Origin: Candidatus Helarchaeota ASGARD archaeon Hel_GB_B
GTDB lineage: Archaea > Asgardarchaeota > Lokiarchaeia > Helarchaeales > HEL-GB-B
DNA: 12,340 nt
Reading direction: 5' to 3'
NCBI GenBank assembly: GCA_005191425.1
Contig: SUPR01000098.1
Span: 1 to 12,340 of the forward strand
Shown: positions 6,917 through 12,340 of the stretch, piece by piece
How positions within the stretch are numbered: the stretch's first letter is position 1
Layout: every line of letters begins with the position of its first letter
Program-made: the position numbers and the translations under genes
Notes under the pieces: generated by a model
Database searches by the model: none
Seen by the model: the letters and a program-made list of their open reading frames with translations, nothing else
Told to the model about the DNA's origin: nothing

Positions 6917-7786
6917 TTACTCAATTTGTTTATTTCGTATCTTTATGAATCTCCAAATAGTAATTACTATTGCTATACTCATTGTAACTCCAGCCCAAGG
7001 TAATGCATATTGAACACCATAAATAAAACTGTCTATTCCTTGAAATATTAGTGCCAGTAAATATGGAACAATTACATAAATTGTAGCCACCGATCTTTTA
7101 TTCTCTATTGTTTTAAAGTAAACTTGCCCTCTTTTTGTCAGCGACATATAAATACTAAATATTAAATAAATAAGTGCCGAAGTTTAAAACCAACCAAAAT
7201 AATTCATTAAAGGTATTCCGTAATAAAGACCACCTTCTGGCCAATACCAGTTCCCTCTCGCTACCATCACTGGGTCATTTATTAAATCCCATGACATCAT
7301 TATAGCTCCCGCTACCATCGATACCACATACAATTTGATAAATTTTTTCACTGAACCTATTCTCTCAAACTCCGACCGATTTTCACTTATTTTTCCAAAT
7401 ATTATGTTCGTCATTGAATACATACAATATATATATGTAAACCACGTTAAAGGAATTATATACGGCACCTTGTCCATAAACATTGGCCCTAAACTGGTCG
7501 TATAATGCCACTTACATCCTGGTATTAACCCTATAGCACCAATATATTCTAGCATTAATGTCAATGAATACGTTATCACTAAAAAAATCATTGTGTTCCA
7601 AATTCCTACCGTTTTTTTACCATGGACTATCGTAAACCCAAAAAATATTATTACTTCTATAAGCGTCAGCACCGTCTCCGAAATATTGAATAAAATCGTC
7701 CTCTTTAATATGAAGAATATTGTAGCTAATAATAATAATATCACAGAAACCAATTCATATTTATCTTTTAACATCTGATTAACCAT
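6917..7786 (-). pseudogene. cruF: CruF-family (carotenoid biosynthesis/hydratase-like) membrane protein interrupted by a single in-frame TAA at 7184-7186
   Basis: Motifs HG...G, LEYIG, Y..SLGP...KVPYIIPLTW, WDLINDP, W.W...G.YYGIPLMNYFGWF. Track ORFs 7184..7786 and 6917..7147 are in the same frame, joined by 12 open codons (TSALIYLIFSIY) after the TAA. The joined frame has 289 positions before the final stop. The symbol is family-level only. Confidence 0.8.
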
Positions 7787-8071
7787 TTTTTTATTTTTAT
7801 TATTCGACTCTATCTTATCCCAATAGATTTTTTATCTTTTTTTAAAATCATCTTAATCTGAATTTTACGTTCTAATTGAGTTTATTTAAAAAATAAGATT
7901 TAAAATTTTATGTGTCTACGCATTATAATTTTTTATTTTATTTTTCCTCTTTCTTTTTATTTTATTTTTTAAATTCACTCATATAAAATTCTTGTTTTTA
8001 ACTTATTTAGTCTTTTAATCATTATTATTAATAGAAATTAAAAAATATCAAATTTAATATTTCTAAATATT

Positions 8072-8090
8072 AAAAATCTTTAATATATAA
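8072..8090 (+). promoter_or_regulatory. Candidate archaeal BRE/TATA promoter for the oxidoreductase operon
   Basis: AAAAA followed by TTTAATATATAA, ending 35 nt upstream of ATG 8126. The AT-rich background makes this weak. Confidence 0.3.
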
Positions 8091-8125
8091 GTTAATCTAA
8101 ATTATTATTACGAGATGAAAATTGC

Positions 8126-9241
8126 ATGTTGCCAGGAAAGTATTTGGTATTAGGAGATATTGCTTGTGCAGAAGGTGCAATTTATGCTGGATGCAAATTA
8201 TTCGCAGGGTACCCAATAACTCCCGCAACGGAAATTGCAGAATACCTTTCAAGAAGATTACCTGAAGTTGGGGGTGATTTTTTACAAATGGAGGACGAAA
8301 TTGCATCATCTGCTGCAATAATTGGAGCATCATGGGCAGGTGTTAAGGCTATGACTGCTACATCAGGCCCTGGCTTTAGTTTAATGCAAGAGAATATTTC
8401 ATACGCATATCATACAGAAACACCTATTGTAATAGTTAATGTTCAAAGGTCTGGGCCATCTACTGGTCAAGCTACCTATCCAGCTCAACAAGAATTCTAT
8501 CAATCACGATATGGTGCTCACGGAGATTATGAATCAATTGTATTGTGTCCAAGTTCAGTACAAGAAACATTCGATATGACGATTCGATCTTTTAATTTGT
8601 CCGAACAATACAGAATACCCGTTATTTTACTAATGGACGGAGCAATTGGACATATGAGAGAAAAATTGGTCATCCCAAATCCTAAAAATCTAAATATTAT
8701 AAGACGAGTTTATATGGACGATAACTATACAGAGAATGGACTTGTTTTACCAATGGGTAAGTTTGGCTCCGGCCAAAAATTATTAATAACTGGGTCTGCT
8801 CACGAAATTTCCGGAAAAAGAAATTATACTCCTAAAGTCCATCAATCTACAATTAAACGTATTTGCTCGAAGATCCAAGCCAATAATGATATCATTGAAA
8901 TTGAGTCCTTTAATTTAGATGATGCAAATACAATTATTATTTCTTATGGAGTCTCAGCTAGACCGTCCTATGGCGCTATGTTAAATTTAAGGAAAAAAGG
9001 CGTAAAAATAGGGTTTATTCGATTAAAAACAATCTGGCCCTTCCCGGATACACTGCTTAGAAATTTGATCAATAATAATGTGCATTCCATTTTCGTTGTC
9101 GAAATGAATAATGGTATGGCTGTGCGAGAAGTAAGTCGAGTTATTAAAAATGCACAAGTTTTCAGTATATCCGTTCTGGGTGGGATCATCCCAAAAATTA
9201 AATATATCACCAAAAAAGTGGAGGAGATTATTTATGATTAA
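8126..9241 (+). CDS. korA: 2-oxoacid:ferredoxin oxidoreductase alpha subunit (KorA-like, gamma-less short alpha)
   Basis: AGYPITPATEIAE, QMEDEIAS, ATSGPGFSLMQE, VQRSGPSTG. Substrate specificity cannot be determined from sequence. Confidence 0.93.
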   Translation: MLPGKYLVLGDIACAEGAIYAGCKLFAGYPITPATEIAEYLSRRLPEVGGDFLQMEDEIASSAAIIGASWAGVKAMTATSGPGFSLMQENISYAYHTETPIVIVNVQRSGPSTGQATYPAQQEFYQSRYGAHGDYESIVLCPSSVQETFDMTIRSFNLSEQYRIPVILLMDGAIGHMREKLVIPNPKNLNIIRRVYMDDNYTENGLVLPMGKFGSGQKLLITGSAHEISGKRNYTPKVHQSTIKRICSKIQANNDIIEIESFNLDDANTIIISYGVSARPSYGAMLNLRKKGVKIGFIRLKTIWPFPDTLLRNLINNNVHSIFVVEMNNGMAVREVSRVIKNAQVFSISVLGGIIPKIKYITKKVEEIIYD

Positions 9242-10025
9242 TCTGATTAAAAAATATTCGCGATTTTTACCACATAAGTTTTGTCCTGGATGTGGAAATG
9301 GCATTATTCTTAATTGTTTTATGAGAGCTATAGATCAATTAGACATAGATCCGAATTCATATCTGTGCGTTTCTGGGATTGGGTGCTCTTCATGGATTCC
9401 AAGTCCATATCTGAATTTAGATACATTCCATACAGTCCATGGTAGAGCTATTGCTTATGCTACTGGTGCTAAAGTTGCCAATAAAAAGTTGAATGTCATT
9501 GTGTTCACTGGAGATGGCGATGGTGCTGGAATTGGCGGAAATCATTTGATTCATGCAGCTAGACGAAATATAAATTTAACTGTTTTTTTGATAAATAATT
9601 ACATTTATGGGATGACTGGCGGACAAATGGCACCTACTACTCCCAAAAACTCGATAACTTCAACCTCAGTTTTCGGGAGCCCGGAACGTCCTTTTGACCT
9701 CTGTGATTTGGTAAAGTCTGCAGGTGCTACATATATAGCTAGATGGAGTGTATTTCAGCCCCGACAACTAATTAAATCTATGAAAGAAGCTATATTACAT
9801 AAAGGATTTGCTTTTATTGAAATATTATCACCATGCCCAACTGAATTCGGAAGGAGAAATCAACTCTCAATTAAAGACTATCTTTCTCTTTTTGATCCGA
9901 AATCTTCTCGCGAAAAAAATAAATTTAAAACACCATTTGGAATTCTAGTTAAGAAAAAATCTCCAGAATTTTGTGATATTTTAGATCAAATAAAAAAAAT
10001 TGCTTCTAAAAAAGGTGATATCTAA
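9234..10025 (+). CDS. korB: 2-oxoacid:ferredoxin oxidoreductase beta subunit (TPP and 4Fe-4S binding)
   Basis: FCPGCG, GIGCS, HGRA, GDGDGAGIGGNHLIHAARRN, NNYIYGMTGGQMAPTTP, SPCPT. Start moved from the track's 9150 to ATG 9234, which has GGAGG at 9220-9224 and overlaps the korA stop by 8 nt. Confidence 0.93.
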   Translation: MINLIKKYSRFLPHKFCPGCGNGIILNCFMRAIDQLDIDPNSYLCVSGIGCSSWIPSPYLNLDTFHTVHGRAIAYATGAKVANKKLNVIVFTGDGDGAGIGGNHLIHAARRNINLTVFLINNYIYGMTGGQMAPTTPKNSITSTSVFGSPERPFDLCDLVKSAGATYIARWSVFQPRQLIKSMKEAILHKGFAFIEILSPCPTEFGRRNQLSIKDYLSLFDPKSSREKNKFKTPFGILVKKKSPEFCDILDQIKKIASKKGDI

Positions 10026-10026
10026 A

Positions 10027-10581
10027 TTGCTCAAATCAATTAAAATTATAGGCATGGGGGGACAAGGTATCATAAAAATTAGTTTAATACTCGCTGAATC
10101 TATTTTTGAAAAAGGTCTAAATGTAGTCCAAACTCAAACATATGGAGCAGAAGTCCGTCGAGGTGTAGTATCCGCTGATGTCACCTATGAAACACAAAAA
10201 GATACAGAGATTTATGATTTAAATGTTGATTTTTTTGATTATTTTTTAATAATGGCTAAAAATGGGTTTGAAAAATATAAGTCCATTATTAATAATTACT
10301 CTACTATTATTTTCTCAGATTCATTCTCCATCCCAATAAATGAATTAAATTTAAAATCGTGTATTAAATACGCTATTCCAGATTCAGATGTCATCTCTCA
10401 ACTCAAATTTAGATCATCCTTGAATATGTGTTATCTTGGTGCTCTCGCTAAGATTTGTCCAGATTTGGATATCGATATCTTAAAAAATATAATAACGAGA
10501 GAGAGCTCTAATAAATATCTGGACGATAATTTAGAATCTTTTCAAATTGGACTTGATATAATTAAAAAATATAATTCTTAA
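10027..10581 (+). CDS. korC: 2-oxoacid:ferredoxin oxidoreductase gamma subunit
   Basis: GMGGQG, VVQTQTYGAEVRRG, NMCYLGAL. Start moved from the track's 10000 to TTG 10027, preceded by AGGTGA at 10013-10018 and 1 nt after the korB stop. Confidence 0.88.
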   Translation: MLKSIKIIGMGGQGIIKISLILAESIFEKGLNVVQTQTYGAEVRRGVVSADVTYETQKDTEIYDLNVDFFDYFLIMAKNGFEKYKSIINNYSTIIFSDSFSIPINELNLKSCIKYAIPDSDVISQLKFRSSLNMCYLGALAKICPDLDIDILKNIITRESSNKYLDDNLESFQIGLDIIKKYNS

Positions 10582-11099
10582 TCAGACTTCGATACTCCCG
10601 ATACTCCCGATACTATACAACCTTTTTCCGTTAAATTATGGGAGAATTTTAATTCGGCTAAATTTGTTAAATATTCTCTGAATAATGAACGACAATAAGT
10701 ACGACAATATAATTCTGGCGGATTTTCTAAACCAAATTTCTTAAACAATTTTTTCATTTCTTTTTTTAAAGGACACTTATCTATAGTTATTTTTATTCCA
10801 TCGGGTCTATCCTCAAATGTAACGTGAGACAATGGCAATATATATTGCAGACTTTCTATCACTCTTTTCATCAACATATTTCCAACTTGTTTTTGAGACA
10901 TAACCTTAACTGATTTAACTAAAGATCTTTTCAAGAACCCAAGTCTATAATTTGCACTCCATTCCGCCATTTTTTGGCCGTATTCAATTGGCTCATTTTC
11001 ACCATATTTTTCCGATAAATATTTGATTAATATAACATAATTTAACATTAGACTTTCCTTTGTAGATTCATACATTTCTTTAATACTAAAATTTTTCAT
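10578..11099 (-). CDS. V4R/ATC-hydrolase-clan-like small protein with four cysteines (putative metal/ligand-binding or sensory domain)
   Basis: Helical N-half, then ITIDKCPL...YCRTYC...KGCIV (C109, C132, C136, C161), the cysteine pattern typical of V4R-clan domains. GGAAGG SD-like upstream. 40-nt gap from the dehydrogenase gene. Confidence 0.6.
   Translation of the reverse strand: MKNFSIKEMYESTKESLMLNYVILIKYLSEKYGENEPIEYGQKMAEWSANYRLGFLKRSLVKSVKVMSQKQVGNMLMKRVIESLQYILPLSHVTFEDRPDGIKITIDKCPLKKEMKKLFKKFGLENPPELYCRTYCRSLFREYLTNLAELKFSHNLTEKGCIVSGVSGVSKSD
10590..10614 (-). repeat. In-frame 9-bp tandem repeat (about 2.8 copies) encoding VSGVSGVS
   Basis: Plus strand cgatactcc cgatactcc cgatact. 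Confidence 0.85.
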
Positions 11100-11139
11100 A
11101 TATTTCCTTCCATTTTATTAATTATTCTTCTTTAATTAT

Positions 11140-12312
11140 TTAAACTAAAGAATGCTCAACTCTAACAATGGGTGACTTTATGCCCATCTTTTTCAATTCT
11201 TTAAAATACTTATTTGGGTCTATACAAGTTTCTGGAAATAATGTACCTGTTTTTGTAATTTCATTTCGAGCTATCATTAAACCAGCAACTGTTAATGGCA
11301 TCGCAGTACCTATTCCAATCATATCCATTCCTTTAGGTGCTTTATAGAGAGACTCTATTGTTATTGTAGTCTTTTTTCTATTCTTTTTACCCTTTACTAT
11401 AACTCGAAGAATTCCAAAATATTCAGGTTTATGGTCTTTTGGGATTAACTCGCTATATAAATGTCTCAATATTTCTCGCGGAACAATCTCTTTACCATTA
11501 ATAATATGTGCTTTAGTATCTGCAAGCCCTAAATCTATCAAGAATTTCGCTTTCTCAGTAAATATCGGAGAATGCCCACCTTTAAAATATACAAATTTTA
11601 TTCCTTTATCTTTAAATGAAATTGGAAGACTAAAAACTTCAGAATGAATTCTATATATAACCTCAATACTTCCAATCGGCTCCGGTAAATAAATCTCTTC
11701 TTTACCCTCAAAAGGTTTTAATTTAATATAATCCCCATTTTTATATATAATTGGTTCCTTAGTTAGACCATCTAAAACGGAGTCCATGTGCCATGAAAAT
11801 TTTATGGGAGCATCCTCTTCTGAAATATCATGTACACAGTCAAAAACACCAATTTCATCAACACTATCTAATTGATCAACTCCATATTTAGCCATTAAAT
11901 TGGTATTTCCAGGTGCTGCACCCATACATAAAAGAGCAATAAGTCCCAATTTTCTGAATTCATCATTTAATTTATACTGCTCTTTTGTGATGTGAAAAAG
12001 TCCACCAGGGTCTACGTAATTTACTCCTGCCTTTAAAGCAGATTTCATTCCATACAAATTGAATTGATAACCTGCTGTGTTTATTACTAAATCGGATCCT
12101 TTTATTAATTCAGAAGTTGTTTTTACATCCGTTATATCTACTTTTCTAAATACTACTTTACTACTAGATACTTCTTTTATTACATTTTTAGCTCTTTTTG
12201 TATCAATATCTCCGACAATTATTGTGTCTATCTTTGAATTCGTTGATAGTAATGATACTACCCATTTGCCAACCGTTCCAGCTCCAATAACTACAAATTT
12301 CATTTTAATCAA
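11140..12312 (-). CDS. Saccharopine dehydrogenase-like NAD(P)-dependent oxidoreductase (lysine dehydrogenase / carboxynorspermidine dehydrogenase superfamily)
   Basis: Rossmann GAGTVG and GDID, VINTAGYQFN, YVDPGG, GAAPGNTN, HSEVFSLP, PETCIDP. Start is TTG 12312 or ATG 12303. Confidence 0.88.
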   Translation of the reverse strand: MIKMKFVVIGAGTVGKWVVSLLSTNSKIDTIIVGDIDTKRAKNVIKEVSSSKVVFRKVDITDVKTTSELIKGSDLVINTAGYQFNLYGMKSALKAGVNYVDPGGLFHITKEQYKLNDEFRKLGLIALLCMGAAPGNTNLMAKYGVDQLDSVDEIGVFDCVHDISEEDAPIKFSWHMDSVLDGLTKEPIIYKNGDYIKLKPFEGKEEIYLPEPIGSIEVIYRIHSEVFSLPISFKDKGIKFVYFKGGHSPIFTEKAKFLIDLGLADTKAHIINGKEIVPREILRHLYSELIPKDHKPEYFGILRVIVKGKKNRKKTTITIESLYKAPKGMDMIGIGTAMPLTVAGLMIARNEITKTGTLFPETCIDPNKYFKELKKMGIKSPIVRVEHSLV

Positions 12313-12340
12313 CTCTATTATATTTTCATTTCTTTAACTT

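Noticed and set aside
7184-7186. Selenocysteine or pyrrolysine recoding of the internal stop
   Set aside because: The codon is TAA, not TGA or TAG, and it falls at a hydrophobic (probably Leu) position; TAA terminates other genes here.
7593-7778. Plus-strand ORFs 7593-7778 and 12077-12337
   Set aside because: Antisense to the CruF-like gene and the dehydrogenase respectively; no independent support.
8115-8153. Short overlapping upstream ORF MKIACCQESIWY* ahead of korA
   Set aside because: Only 12 codons in an alternative frame, and korA already has a normal N-terminus from ATG 8126. It cannot be distinguished from chance.
8097-8333. 78-aa minus-strand ORF
   Set aside because: Shadow of the korA 5' end; it has no ferredoxin cysteine motif, so it is not the missing delta subunit.
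9150-9233. Longer korB and korC N-termini given by the ORF track (starts 9150 and 10000)
   Set aside because: They overlap upstream genes extensively; SD-supported starts at 9234 and 10027 fit family lengths better.
5395-10614. In-frame 9-bp repeats as a Borg-like or mobile-element signature; any repeat as CRISPR
   Set aside because: Only two short arrays, mixed gene orientation and housekeeping metabolic content. No repeat-spacer structure, cas, transposase or integrase genes.

Overview
Strongly AT-rich window with chromosomal, metabolic gene content. The organism looks archaeal (GGTGA/GGAGG Shine-Dalgarno sites, TATA-like AT tracts), and an Asgard-type anaerobic heterotroph is plausible; both are inference. 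Left to right: a metal-chelate (Fe-complex/cobalamin-type) ABC ATPase; a TsaA/TrmO-FmdE-zinc-finger fusion; a stand-alone TPR protein (minus strand); an 893-aa fusion of a 12-TM MFS transporter to a membrane-inserted M28 zinc hydrolase with all metal ligands intact; a CruF-family (carotenoid hydratase-like) gene broken by one in-frame TAA; a 2-oxoacid:ferredoxin oxidoreductase alpha-beta-gamma operon with no adjacent delta subunit; and a convergent pair encoding a saccharopine/lysine dehydrogenase-family enzyme and a 4-Cys V4R-like protein. The strongest novelty candidates are the MFS-M28 fusion and the ABC-ATPase/TsaA-FmdE pair. No rRNA, tRNA, CRISPR array or mobile element was recognised. 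All family calls come from motif recognition by eye; no database searches were run.
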